Part shown: in pieces, positions 15,820 to 30,914 of the stretch
Numbering within the stretch: the first letter of the stretch is position 1
Layout of the letters: each line of letters begins with the position of its first letter
From: the human T2T-CHM13v2.0 reference genome, Homo sapiens
Direction: 5' to 3' (one strand)
Length of the DNA stretch: 64,000 nucleotides
Assembly: GCF_009914755.1 (NCBI RefSeq)
Contig: NC_060928.1
Position numbers and translations under genes: made by a program
The notes under the pieces: generated by a model
Seen by the model: the letters and a program-made list of their open reading frames with translations, nothing else
What the model was told of the DNA's origin: nothing
Database searches by the model: none

Positions 15820-18679
15820 CAATTGAACAATGCAGGGGTTAGGAAAGCTGTCACCCCCACCCCAACCCCCTGAAGTCAAAACTTTGAAAATAACCCCTGA
15901 CCCTTCAAAAACATAACTACTAGTAGCTCACTGTAGACGAGAAGCCTTAACAATAACATAAAGGGTCAATTAACACATATTGTATATGTTATGTGTTTTA
16001 TGTACTACATTTTTATAATCAAGTAAGCTGGCGAAAAAAACATTATTAAGAAAATCATAATGAGAAAATATATTTACTATTTATTAAGTGGAAGTGGTTC
16101 ATCATCATCAAGGTCTTCATCAACAGCATCTTCATATTAAGTAGGCTGAAGAAGAGGAGGAAGAGGAGAGGTTGGTTTTGTTGTCTCTGGGGTGGTAGAG
16201 ACAGAAGTGGAAGAGGTAGAAAGGGAGACAGGACAGGAAGACATACTTGAGTAACTTTTCAGAAATACGCCATATTTTCTGTCGGCCTTTTTGCTGTTTT
16301 AATTCTCTAAAATTGTTCTATATGCTGCCATTCTTCTTCCATCATTTGCTTTAGTTTCAGTGTCTGTATCATAGAAGGATCCGTGTGGTTAAAGAAGTCA
16401 AAAGCAGTCTTGAATACTCAGAACCCTTCTGCCAGATTGTCTAATGTCAATTTGTTTACTGGCACTGCTTCTACTACATCTTCTTCCTCATCATCTGGCA
16501 CTGGTTTGAAAGCACTCACCTCCCATTCTTCTTCCATCATTTGCTTTAGTTTCACTGTCTGTATCATAGAAGGATCCGTGTGGTTAAAGAAGTCAAAAGC
16601 AGTCTTGAATACTCAGAACCCTTCTGCCAGATTGTCTAATGTCAATTTGTTTACTGCCACTGCTTCTACTATGTCTTCTTCTTCATCATCTGGCACTGGT
16701 TTGGAAGCACTCATCTCCATAAAGTTGTCTTCTGTTAATTCCACTAGTGTTGTATCTATTAGCTGGTGAATTTCTCAGATCCATATCTTGAAACTCCCTA
16801 CACCCACCTTTTTTTGCCATATCCACAGTCTCTTTCATTCTTTATTGGATTGGCTCTGTCATGAATCCTATGAAGTCATGTGCAACGTCTAGACACAGTT
16901 GAGAGCCTGAATGTGTTTCATGGCTTTTTCTATAACAATGATGGCATCTTCAATGGTATAATTTTTCCAGCCTTTCATGATGTTCTCTCTATTGGGGTTC
17001 TCTTCCATAGCATTCACAACCGTTTTCATAGAGTATATGTAATGACACATAAAGGTCCTTATGACTCCCCTCCTCTAGAGGCTGAATTAGAGACTTGTGT
17101 TTGGGGGCAAGTAGACCACTTCAACACCTTTGGTGTTGAGCTCCTGAGGTTCTGAGAGACCAGGGTAATTGTCCAATTTCAAAAGCACCTTCAAAGGCAG
17201 TCCTTTACTGGCAAGGTAACTCCTGACCTCAAGGACAAAGTGTAGATGAAAGCCATCCAGTAAAATGTTTTTCATTGTCCAGGTCTTGTACAGCCAAAAG
17301 ACTGATGATAAATGTTTATCTTTTCCCTACAAGAGTTAGCAGCTTTATAGATAAAAGCAGTCCTGATCATAAATCTGACTGCATTTGCATAACAGTAGAG
17401 TTACTCTATCCCTATTTGTCTTGAATCCTGGTGTTTCTCTTTCTTACTAATAATTGTTCTTTGTGGCATTTTTTTTTTTCAAAGATAGGACACTTTTTTC
17501 TGCATTCAAAACCTGTTCAAGCAGATTCTTTCTCCTTGATTATTTTTCTTAATGGTGCCTGGGAACTCATTCTGCTGTCTCTTGATCAGCAGAATCTCCT
17601 TCTCCTGTTATCTTGACATTTTTTTAAAGCCGAACCTCTTTCATAAATTCCCAACCATCCGTTGCTGGCATTAAGTTCCCCAGTTTTGGATCTTTTACCT
17701 TCCTTTTGTTTTTAGTTGTGTTATAATGACTCTACTTTTTCTCAGATTCTATTAGAGTCTATAGGTATGCCTTTCTGTAGCAAACTTGCACTTACATACA
17801 AGCTGCATTTTCAACCACAAAATAAAAAAGGTATTTTGAAAAAAGTAAAATGTTTGCACTTGTTGACATAACTGCAGCAACAGCTTCACGATCTTTTTTT
17901 CTGTTTTTACAATGATCCTTTAGCTGCATTCATTTATATTGAAATGGTGAGCAACTGCAGCTGCAGAACTAAATCTTCAGTACATATGAAGCAATTCAAC
18001 ATTGTCTTGTACTGTCATGGCTTTTCTCTACTTCTTGGAAGCAATTCTGGCATCATAAGTGGCACTCTGTATGGGTTTCATGATGTTACTGAAGGTTTAC
18101 AGTATTGCACTAAACATATAGAAAAATCTGCAAGAACCACAAAAGGCCACTTTCTACTGCAATTCACAGTTTACTGGAGAGATGAACTGCTCATGTAGAG
18201 ATGTTGAGAGGCACATGGAGTTTTCAGGAGATACTCCAACACTTGAGCTCACCATTATAGCAGCAGGAAGTGACTACAAAATTATTACAATAGTACAATA
18301 TGTGCTACAGTTAAGTTTATGCCATTATGATTTAATCTTGCATCTTTACATTTGTTTACATTTCTTTCCATGCAAGTCGCACCATGTATTGTCTGCAATT
18401 GGATGCAAGAATTTTGATAGATGTTAATATTTTATAAAATATTTTTGTACATTTTCTGGTAATAAATGATAAAAATACACTATCAGTATTTACATATATT
18501 TGATGCATTCAAGACATATCTAACTTTAAGAAAATATATTTCCAGGCTACAAGATATGTCTGGGAGTTTTCTTCAATTTGTTGAAAATCTCCAAAAGATT
18601 TCTGAATATATTTATTGAAAAACATCTGTGTATAAATGGGCCCACACAGTTCAAGCCCATGTTGTTCAAGGGTCAACTG
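15820..18679 (-). mobile_element. Near full-length Tigger2 (pogo/TcMar) DNA transposon with dead transposase
   Basis: TIR TGTTGTTCAAGGGTCAACTG at the right end and a degraded TIR at 15820, both flanked by TA. ORF 17087-17275 (KVLLKLDNYPG..VVYLPPNTSL) is a pogo DDE-domain fragment. Confidence 0.9.
16328..16720. repeat. 195-bp tandem duplication inside Tigger2
   Basis: Copies start at 16328 and 16523, with about 7 substitutions between them by eye. Confidence 0.95.
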
Positions 18680-18805
18680 TATATCCTTGAAATTTACTTT
18701 AGATTCAAATTCCAGGTGGCCATAGAATTTTTTTTTTTACTTAACCAATATGTATAAACTATGATTAAGTGTCAGGAAGCTTACATGCATTTTCATTGAC
18801 ATTTG

Positions 18806-19135
18806 CAGTAGGGCCTGTATGGCCGCAGGTCCCATATCTGTGGATCCAACCAATCACAGATCAAAAATATTTGAAAAAAATAAAATAAAAAATAACAATA
18901 CAAAAATTAAAAATAATGCAAATAAAAACAGCACAGTAAAATAACTACTTACATACCATTTGCATTGTATTAGGTATTATAATTAATCTAAGATGATTTA
19001 AAGCATATGAGAGAATATGCATAAGTAATATACAAACATTATGCCATTTTCTATAAGAGACTTGACCATCTACAGATTTTGGTATCTGTAGTGGAGTCCT
19101 GGAACAAATCCCCCACAGATATCAAAGGATGACTA
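18806..19135 (-). mobile_element. MER2 non-autonomous DNA transposon
   Basis: GCATTGTATTAGGTATTATAA..GATGATTTAAAG..GTCCTGGAACAAATCCCCCACAGATA, with degraded TIRs. Confidence 0.85.
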
Positions 19136-19190
19136 TACTGAGTTTTAAGTTCCTAAGTTATAATTTTCCCAAATATGGAATTTCAGATAA

Positions 19191-19676
19191 TGTTATTGGT
19201 GGCTGAAAACCAAGTTACCCCGAGTTACCAAGGGCAAATCTGTACTCATCCACAGCAACTTCAGCCCTTGCATTTTCAGAAGAAAGAATTCAACTGAGGG
19301 ATGTAAAGCAGAAAGAGACCAAGGCAAGTTCCCTAGCAGGAATGGAAGTTTATTTAAATGGCCTTAGAACAGGGAAAAAAAAAAAAAAAAAGGAAGGTGC
19401 GCTTAGAAGAGACTCAAGCAAGCAAGTGAAGGTTAAACAGAGAAGGTCAAGCGCTCCGTTTAACCGGGATCCTAAGGCTTTCATAGGCTGGCGTCTTTCC
19501 CATGATTCTTCCCTTAAGGGTGGCTTCCCACATGCGCAGTGTTTTCCTTACCCTTTCCAGTGGAGTTTGCCCCCAGAAGATTACACTTTATTCACCATTT
19601 TTGTCTCTTAACATGCATGCTCAGGCAGTTGCTTCTCACTGGGGCCTGCCCCCTTCATGCCTAACTACCTGTAACA
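19191..19676 (-). mobile_element. ERV1 solo LTR (MER50/MER83-like)
   Basis: TG..CA termini, 4-bp TSD ATAA, internal AGAAGAAAGAATTCAACTGAGGG..GGCAAGTT..AAGTTTATT. Confidence 0.8.
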
Positions 19677-20052
19677 ATAAGAAATAAGAAAACATTTCAG
19701 AGTTCCATTCTGCCCATGTTTTGTACTTATTTGTGCTTGTTCTTATTTGTGCTTTTGTACTTTTTTTTGGTACTTATTTGTGCTTGTTCTCTTATCTGAA
19801 GATACTACCTTAAAATCTCATTCTAAAATGTGAGTCAATGAAAGTAGGGACATTTGTCTTCTTTATATTTCTTCCAGCTGGCATGCCAAAAGCCCAGTCA
19901 TTTTTCCAAAACAAAACGAAAGAAGCAAATGAAGCAGGTAGTAGTAACAGTAGTAGCAGTGGTAGTGGTAGTAGTAGAAGCCATAAAAAAAAAATGTTGT
20001 TGCTTTGAAATTGGTAAATGGATACCTTAATAGTATATAAAGTGATTATCGC

Positions 20053-20205
20053 TTTTTTTGTCTGTTTGCTTGGTTTTTTTTTTTTTTTTTTTTTTTTTTT
20101 TGAGACAGAGTCTTGCTCTGTTGCCCAGGCTGGAGTGCAGTGGTGTGATCTTGCCTCAGCCTCCCAAAGTGCTGGGATTACAGGCGTGAGCCACCGTACC
20201 CGGCT
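20053..20205 (-). mobile_element. Internally deleted Alu with both termini retained
   Basis: The right-arm 3' part joins directly to the left-arm 5' part at GATCTTGCCTCAGCCTCCCAAAGTG; TSD GTGATTATCG. Confidence 0.92.
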
Positions 20206-20674
20206 GTGATTATCGATCTTTTACCATTTGAGTCATTGACCAGAAATAACTTACTGCAGTTACCAATAAGTGTTATTTGAAACAACATAAATATTATCAT
20301 ATATAGTCTATTGTTCCTGAAATTCAGTAGAATCTGGTCAACCTGTGTGATTTTTTTTTTTTTTTTTTTTTTTTTAGCGTGCTTTGCTATTTAGGGATTT
20401 GGCGTTTGTTAAATATCTTGTTATTTATTAGTTCTTGTAAAGTAAAATCATTTACTTACTAACACATATTTTAGGCTACCAAAAAAGGAAGATATTTCTA
20501 TTTTATTGGGTTTTACACAGGCATAGGTTGTAATCCACTGCATTCCTCCTCAGAGTGTATGTACTTAGGGAAGGTTTGTTAGTTAATCTGACCATCCTAT
20601 TTTTGTTAATTGATCTGATCATTTCATTTTGTACCTAGAAGAGTTTCTTTTTTGAGAAGATAGACTATACACAT

Positions 20675-21056
20675 TGTATTTGTTTTCTAGGACTGCTAAA
20701 ACATAGTGCCACAGAATAGATAGGTTAAACAATAGAAATTTCTATTCTCACAATTCTTAAAGCCAGACATTTAAGACAGAATGTTGGCAGGGTGGGTTTC
20801 ATTTTGATGCTTCTTTTTTTGGCTTATTGATGGTTACCTTCTCCCTGGGTCTTAACTGTGGTCTCCCCTCTGTATTTCTGCATCCTAATCTGTTATAAAA
20901 ATACCAGTCATATTGACTTAGGGCCTACATTATTCAACTCCATTTAATTTAATTTCTTCTCATTTACAGGCTCTATTTACAAATACAGTTACATCCTGGG
21001 GTACTGGGGGTTTAGACGTTGACATAAAATAAGGGGGTACAATTCAGCTCTTAATA
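20675..21056 (-). mobile_element. MLT1A/B/C-like MaLR LTR
   Basis: TGTATTTGTTTTCTAGGACTGC..AACAATAGAAATTT..CTCACAATTCT..GGGGTACAATTCAGC. Confidence 0.8.
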
Positions 21057-23164
21057 GGTATATTATTTCATCTTTAAGTTAGTTAGCTTTCCTGTCTTTG
21101 TTTTACTTTGTATGTAGTTCTAGCGGTGCATCTCAAACTCCTGCTTGTTGATTTCTTTAAAAAAATAGCAAGATATGATAAACTGTCTGTGTAGTGCTTT
21201 GTTATCTGAAGAATGAGACGTGCCTTTTTTGTTGTTGTTGAGGTATGCATTGCTGACCAGCTTTCTTACTCATAAATCATTAATGGTAAAACGAATAGTT
21301 TGAAAACTAATTTTTTTTTGTTTTCACAGGCAATTCATCATGCAGATATTTCTTGATTTTAATGAAGATCTGTATTCCCATGCTACATTTCTCTTAAATT
21401 TGATATTCTGTTTTTATCTCCAAATCGGGCAAATTATGTTTTCTGCATCTATAAATCGTGTTTAGTTTTTCCAGCTTTTTCTAGTCAGTGTTCAAAATAT
21501 AATAATTCTTTTTGAAAGTTTCAAATCTAACCTATTTTATTAATCAATATAATTATTTCATTTTAATTTTGCAATTCTTTTGAAATTTACTTCCTGATAC
21601 ATCACTTTACCTCCATTCACATTGACTCCTGATAAGTTTGTGGTTGAAATTGATCATTATATGTAGGTTTAGTAAGATATTTGCTTTATGCTTGTGCATA
21701 CATGTGTATTGAATGAACAGTTGACTATGTTATTTTTATATGATTCAGAAGGATATTGTCTTAGATGATTTTCCTGAATTCTAATACAATTACAAATGTT
21801 GACAACACATATAATCCTAAAACATATGTATGGATTGCATAATAATATCTTCTTTTTCATGATTCCTAGGAATATTGGATTTGATAATATTCGTATTCCT
21901 TTTCTTTGTTAATATTTAAAACACACATTTGTTAAGTATCGTATATGAAATGCAGCTTTCTGACTTGGTATGCATTGAATTATCTTTAAAAGCACTCAAA
22001 GTTTTGCTATTTGAAGTATGTTTTCTGACTTCTCGCTTTTTCCTGCTGTCATTTTGTGTGTGTGTATGTGTGTGTGTAGCTTTCTTTGCAGATATTGTAA
22101 TTTGGTGTGGCATCCACTATAGTCTGTTTAATGAATTTGTACATTCCACAGGATAATATCTTACTTCTCTTTGTTCAACATTTGCACCATAAAACGATCA
22201 CAACAAATTTAAACTCAATTTTTTGTTCTATATGGAATGAAGGAGCTAATTGGAATCTATAACTTACTGTAAATATTAAGTTAAACTGAACTTTTCCTCA
22301 CAAATAGTTGTGTTGTATTTGAACGTTTGAGGTACACATTCATGGCAAGCAGAAAGCTTTCAACTTCAAATAAGAGAACAACTCTATTTCTCTTAAGGAA
22401 TATGACTATATAGAGGTGTATAGAATTGGAACTTCCAAGGTGGTGTGCCTTGAAGGAGGTAGATTACCTTTGGCTGATCTCCTGTAAGCTTGTTTCATCA
22501 GGTTGGGTTGTATCATCAGGCTGGCTTCCCTGACAATAGCAAATGACAACTTGAGACTTCAAAGCCATATACAATATTGTGTATAGGAAGAAGAAGTATT
22601 TCAGTGTGACATAGTCTTGATTTTTAAAAACAGGGTTTTTTTGTTTGTTTTTTTTTCTAATAGCAGAGGCCTCCAGCATATCTCACCTCAAGTTGTTTGA
22701 CCTAATTATTGGCACTTTCCTATTACTTAATGAATAACCATGATAAAAATGACTTTTTGTTTATGGAGCTAAAATTTATGACAGCTGTCCCTGGGGAGAA
22801 TGGACTCTATGGTAGGATAACATTCAAGGTAGTACATGAAAATCAGAAAACAGGGAAAATGAAGAGGGCATGGGAGTGAGTGCTCTATAGCTATCTACAA
22901 TGTTGAAGCAACATTACAAAGGCCATTAGCTATGATAGCACTTGTGCTGAGATTTGTTCTGTATGGATTGATGGAATTCTTGTAGATTATTGTAAGATTC
23001 ACTGGGAGTTCATCTTACTGATCTTATTTTATTTACTTTTAACTGTTTTACTCTCTACTATATAATAATTTTTGTCAATGTTATGCTTTTTCTTTCTTCA
23101 AAATATTTCCTACATTTTCTTTCTTATCAAACCTAACATTACCAGCAAATGTAATGATTAAAAA

Positions 23165-23400
23165 TTTAAACTCTGCAATCAGATATGATTGGTTATACAT
23201 AAAGTTGGTTATACCCTAATTTATTCACTTATGTTGCCTGACTTTAGGAAAACTATATAATCTTTATACATTTCAGTTTTCTCATCTTGAAAATAATTAT
23301 TATTGTCACCTACATCATAAAATAAACAAAAAATCACTTGAAGAGGCTTTATGATATTACATGGCACTTAATAGTGTGCTCAGAAAATTTCAGATGTTAT
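23165..23400 (+). mobile_element. MIR
   Basis: Degenerate core TGACTTTAGGAAAACT..TTTCAGTTTTCTCATCTTGAAAAT. Confidence 0.6.
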
Positions 23401-23429
23401 TATTATCAATATTGTGATAACAAAACTTA

Positions 23430-23985
23430 ATCCAATCATATCCTAATTTCTCAGCCATTTTCTTTAGAATCAATGCAATAATCTCTTAGAGGACAACTTG
23501 CTTCCACTTTCTTCATATTATATATTTGCCTTTAAATTTGTATTCTGGAAATGTTTCTTAGTTATATAGATTTCCGTTTTCAAAAAGTCATCGTTGTTTT
23601 CTGAGGTCGACCAAATAAAATATAAATCTGTTTTTAGTAGCTTAGATTAATCTGAATTTAGCCTCACTCTACTTAATCTCACTATTACTATATGGACTTT
23701 TGCGCTTCTTGAAAGAGAATGATACCTTATTGCCTTCCACCTACAAATGTCATGTCCTTTTTCTTTCCTTTATCTTCCACGTGGCATTCTCATTTTCCAT
23801 TGAGAGATATCATTCTAATGCTTCAATATCCAGATCATTTTTTTCTTTATTCATTTGTCTCCATCTAGCCACAGTAGACTCCTTCCATTTCCATGGAGCT
23901 CAGGTTGCTCACCTTTGTAGTCTCAGTGCCAAATATAGCAGAGACCACATAGCAGATATTCACTGAGAATGATCAAATTGATGTT
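23430..23985 (+). mobile_element. L2 3' fragment
   Basis: Ends in TTTGTAGTCTCAGTGCC..CACATAGCAGATATTCA, resembling an L2 3' end. Confidence 0.5.
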
Positions 23986-24820
23986 TTAAAGAGATTAAAA
24001 ATGTTTTATGAAGATAGTCTTATTAAAGCTTTAAAAAAATAAAAAGTCATTCTTTCTGATATGATAAAATGTAACATAATGGGGAGTAATTAGAAAATAC
24101 CTTAGTCATTTGGCCAAAATAAATTTAGTAGTTAAAATTCATAATTAGATGTCAGCAATGACTGGTCAGCAAACTTGCGACAAAAGCAAATAACCTCAGA
24201 AATATAGTAAAATATATATGTATATCATTATAAATAATATTTTAACTTGTATTTTGACTTTTTTTTGAACAGATACCACTGCAGAGGAATTTTGCATTCA
24301 AGTATATTCGTCTTGCAGATTAACCTCCTCTTGTCTGTTATACATTTATTTGCAAGAGACACATCCCCATCAGTTAATTTGGTTGATAGCAATGCTTAGA
24401 AAGGCAAGTAGGAGTGAAAAATAAGAAGGAATAAAAGAAAATAGTATAGACAAAAAATTAAAAAAAACAAAAAAGAAGGAAAAAATTAATTTAAAAAGAA
24501 AGAAAAAGAATGAAAAGAAAAAAATTAATTACTGTCATATTTTTGTATGACTCTTGGATATCATGATGAATCTACTTATTATTAAGGGTTACTTAATTCC
24601 TAAATACAAGAAAATTAATTTAAATTACTACTTAACATACTAGTCCATGCTAATGTGAAAGTACATGGAACAATTGCTAATAACAATGGTCAATGAAAGT
24701 TAATGTTTGGAATGTTGTGGTAACATTCCAAATGTTAAAAAATGATTGCAAATGATTAATGCTTAAAACCTAGGCAGATTTCCAAATGTTCTAACTTTTC
24801 AGAGAAATTTTTACATACAG

Positions 24821-25120
<300 letters not shown>

Positions 25121-25207
25121 TTATTACATAGGATTTTTACACACAATTATATATACAATACTGATACTCTAAGTGAAATATGAATGCTTAATTTGAACTT
25201 TTACTTC

Positions 25208-25502
<295 letters not shown>

Positions 25503-25513
25503 GAACTTTTACT

Positions 25514-25830
<317 letters not shown>

Positions 25831-27834
25831 AAACTTTTACTTCTTAAAGCTCTATATTTCAAATCTTATACTTAATATCGTAGGTGACTGGATTATGTAA
25901 TTTAACTACTTATTATGAAGTGTCAAGGGATGGAGCTTCAAGGATCTAATGACAGAGGTAAATGTTTTTGACAAGATCAAGCAAAAGGACAAACTGAGTT
26001 TCCCTAGAAGGAGGGGTTATCTCTCATCTCCATAGCAGCAGTGAGATGTTTGTGCTTCAGTTTCCTTATGGCCACTACCGCCTCACATTCAGGAGAAAAT
26101 AGGTCATCCTTCTAAGAGCAGAAATAAATTGTACCCCTGAGATGTCTGAATATTTATTTTACCAGCATGGAAGCCTCTGAAGATATCTTTCCATTTCTGC
26201 AATAAAATATATCTGTTCTTTTCAAGGCAAAATCAACTATACCATGAGAAACAGTAGGAAAAAAATTAAATTACCAATTAAATAATAATTAAATTTGCAC
26301 CAAACATTTTTAATCCGCGTTTTTTTTCCTCAAAATGCTTTAATACAATTTATGAACATTTGCATACAGTTTCTACTACTGATGGGTACTATATATTTGA
26401 AGCACCTTCAAACCAATCATGGGCATTAACTTTTTACTTTTTTTATGAAAGAATTTCATTCTTAGTATCTCAAACTTGATATAAAATGTTCATTATTAAA
26501 TAATATAAATACAACATATTTTAAACAGTTATCAAAGAACATTTCTCCTTTGGAGAACATATATGTTTAGTTGAGGGTTTGAATTCTCAGATACTCAGTT
26601 AATTTTGCTTGATCTGTAAATTGGCAAGCATTCAATTATCTGTATTTTATCAGATGTCACAGGTTGTACTTTTTAAAGGCCATTCATTAGTGTTTCTGAA
26701 CAATTTTACTTTATGTTACACTGTCATATTAACAGATGGCAAATGTAGTTGGCAAGTAAATGTTTTTGACTCCATTCCTCTCTTCCTCTTTTGAGCACCT
26801 TCTTGTTACATGTTATATCATTAGTGCTTAAATCTGGTACTCCCTCTTTGCCAGGTACTCATTCCTATCTTATCAGTATTGCTTCATTGCACTGGCATTC
26901 CGTTTCAGAATCCTTTCTACCTGCTTTATTGTATGTGTTCTGCCAAACATATTTTTCTTTCTGTATACAACCATCTCTTTATCTCTTCTCCTTCCCTCTC
27001 TTTTAAGTATGTTATGGTGAGTCAAAGATCCTCTAGCCATATAATTTCCATTAGCTTTACTCTTAGATTATACCAATGTCTTTTTCTTAATATTCTAGTA
27101 ATATTATTGAGTATATATCTTCAGCTTTGCTAATCACATCTTATCCTTCTCCTTGCTCTTTTTCCTCTTTTGTCTATTGTTCCTTCAGAATTATAGTTTG
27201 TTTTTAATCAGATTGTACATTTTTTTTCGATTAGTTAAGATAAATATCTCTTTCCACTACAATGTCACCTCTGCCACACTTTGCCTCATGGTGAGTCGTC
27301 TTAGGGTGGCCAGGAGCAGTTTTCAAGTCTCTTAAGGAGAATCTTATAAAGAGAGAGACATTTCATTTAGATTTAGTATGATATAGTCACATGGTTGCAA
27401 TCACTCCCATAAGTAGTATTTCCAGTTACAGCCCTATAGAAAGGCTTCAGGAATTTTGACATGAATTTGCAAAAGTGGAAATCACATGAAAATATTCTGT
27501 AAAACTGGGATCTAAAGTATGTGAGATAGAAGGGGATAAAAAAGTTAGAATTGTGCAGAGCAGAAGCTAGCCTGTGGAAAATTCTTACAGTTATTAAATG
27601 TGTAGTTGTTAAGGAGAGGATTTGTTTTCCTTTAAAAACAAGTAAAAGCAAAGTCTCTCTGTCAGTAATATATTTGATTATACAGCCTTTTTTAAGGAGC
27701 CCCCACTTTTATTTTATAAGCATAATCCACCCCCCCACCACCACCAACAACAAAAAAACTTATATTCAGCCCTTCTGACCCAGGGTTGTTTTGTTTTGTT
27801 TTTACGTGAATTAGTTGCCAATATTTTAAAATAA

Positions 27835-28770
<936 letters not shown>

Positions 28771-29889
28771 AGTAATTTTTATGAAAACAAAACAAAACAA
28801 CAACAACAACAAAATTTGCTTTCTTCTGGGAAAATATCCTAAAGTTCTCTTTTTGGCATTGCAGAGATACTTCTGGAGCAAAGAAGATGTTCAGTCCATT
28901 ACGAAGGGCACAAATCCTTCAGTCAGTCAGAAGTCTTCTTTCTACAACATTCAGTTATATTACTTGTTTAACCCTTAGGCGCACGTATTTTGGTACCTTT
29001 GACGTAGAAGTTAAGATAGTTTATATAAAATCCATATGAACCTATATAAAAAGAGTGATTGGGAGAGAATAGGAAGAAACAACAAATGCAAATATGATGA
29101 TGATGGACTAGACTCTGCCTCACTCTTTAAGTCAAAATTACAAAGGAGAAGGAGGCTATGAGAGTGAGTAAAGGGTTTAAGGAAATTATTTACAAGAGAA
29201 AAAAAGAATACCCATAAGTATTGGAGATGAGAATCATTTGTGAATCTACGTGAAATTGCAGCTCAAATTTAAGTTTCCAATGAACTGTAAGTAATTTTAT
29301 AAAGTACAAACTTTGCTACTAGCTCTTGAGTCCGCAAAGCACTGCATAAGTGTTGGGAAAGGTCTCATGCACAAAGTCTTTCAATCCCCAGGAAGCCACC
29401 TGAGAACTGGCCTTGAGCTTAGAATACTTTTTTTGCCAAGGGATAAATAGTCTGACATGCAGTCTATGCTAGGTATACAATCTTGTGTGGGAATATATGT
29501 CCTTGTTTCTGATTCCATGTGTATTTTTTGTTCTACTTGAGTGTGTCTTTACTGCTTATAACTGTCCCCTGAAATGAGTTATGGGGTCCTGTTGCAGTAC
29601 AAGAGAGGTGAGTGCAGGCCAATTGCCTTTGGTGGCTGCCGGGAGGAACCTGCTGACCATGGGCATTCAACACCCATTACAGAAGCTGATCTTGCTCTGT
29701 CTCTTCTCAATGTTGAGCAAAGCCTTGTTCCATCCAGTGCTTTACTGTCTTGTGTTTTCTTTGGTGAATCCTATCCAGAGACACAGTGGGCAGAAGTGTT
29801 CAGACTTCAATTCTTGGTAATAGGTAACAGAGGCAACAATGAGTAACAGATGTGCAACACGATCTGTGAGCAATTATGGTACTTCCTTC

Positions 29890-30545
29890 AAATGCTGTCA
29901 ATTATTTGCTACATATTTGTTAGTTAGATCATGTACAGACAGCAAAGTGTGTAGTTGTGTTGCATCCCTGTCTTCCAGTGATAAACCCATATGACATTTT
30001 CAAAACTGGATAATCAAAAAAGGAAAATGGCCAACAAAGCTTAAAATGCAACAAACAAAAAGTGATAGTACTGGAGGTAAAATTTGAATATAATTTAAGA
30101 AAAGTTATAGAATAAATATGTAGGAAGGATGACATTGCCACCATCCAAGAGACAACAGAGGAGGAATTTAGTAAAGGCAAATGCACCTACATAAATGAGG
30201 AAATGTGATAAAAGGGGACAAGATATCCTAGAGGGAGTGATGCTAGCAAAAAAAAAAAAAAAGAAGAAGCCTCTCAATTAAGAAATTCTTGGAAATTTTT
30301 TATGACATTGAAAGTGTAGAGGATAAAATGTTGGAAACCAACCTAAACTTGGAGGAGTGTGAGGATTTGCCAAGCCTAAAAAAGATGCTTACTCTATATC
30401 ATCAGTTATATGAAAATAAGTCATTCACTATTCAAACTACTCTTGGTGAGCTTTTTAAAAAAGAAAGAAAATATTTTTGAATATCTCTAATATTTTAAAT
30501 TGTAATATGCTAAATAAATAGCTTTTACTTTTTAAATTTCACTGC
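29890..30545 (+). mobile_element. Tigger-family remnant (MER82/Tigger8-like)
   Basis: Transposase C-terminal relic EIFYDIESVEDKMLE..IQTTLGELFKK in ORF 30289-30480. Confidence 0.65.
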
Positions 30546-30554
30546 CCTTTTTAA

Positions 30555-30728
30555 ATATAGCATTCACATTGTATTAGGTATTATATGTAATTTGGAGATG
30601 ATTTAAAGTATACAGAAAGATGTGTGTAGGTTATACACAATACTGCACCATATTATATAAGGGACTTGAGTATCTGTGGATTTTTGTATCTGTGGTGGGT
30701 CCTGGGACCAATCCTTCCAGATACCAAG
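30555..30728 (-). mobile_element. MER2 fragment
   Basis: CATTGTATTAGGTATTAT..TATATAAGGGACTTGAG..GTCCTGGGACCAATCC, similar to 18960-19120. Confidence 0.8.
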
Positions 30729-30914
30729 TTTTGAATGTAGTGTATAATTAAGTACCTTAGAGCATCAGTCTGGGTCTCTCCCAAAACTTTCTGACCCCCA
30801 ATCCTACTTCTAGAGGAAATCTCTCCTAAAGAATATTTTCGCATCTTTTGTTACTTATATTATTAATTAGAAAACAATAATATTAATTTCTTACTGCTTA
30901 ACTTATTTTATTAT

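Noticed and set aside
16383-16769. 128-aa ORF with an internal 65-aa repeat
   Set aside because: Antisense frame of Tigger2 across the 195-bp duplication; GTG start and no gene context.
20350-20377. Long poly(T) followed by AG as a retrocopy tail or splice acceptor
   Set aside because: No TSD, element body or convincing downstream donor; treated as a simple mononucleotide run.
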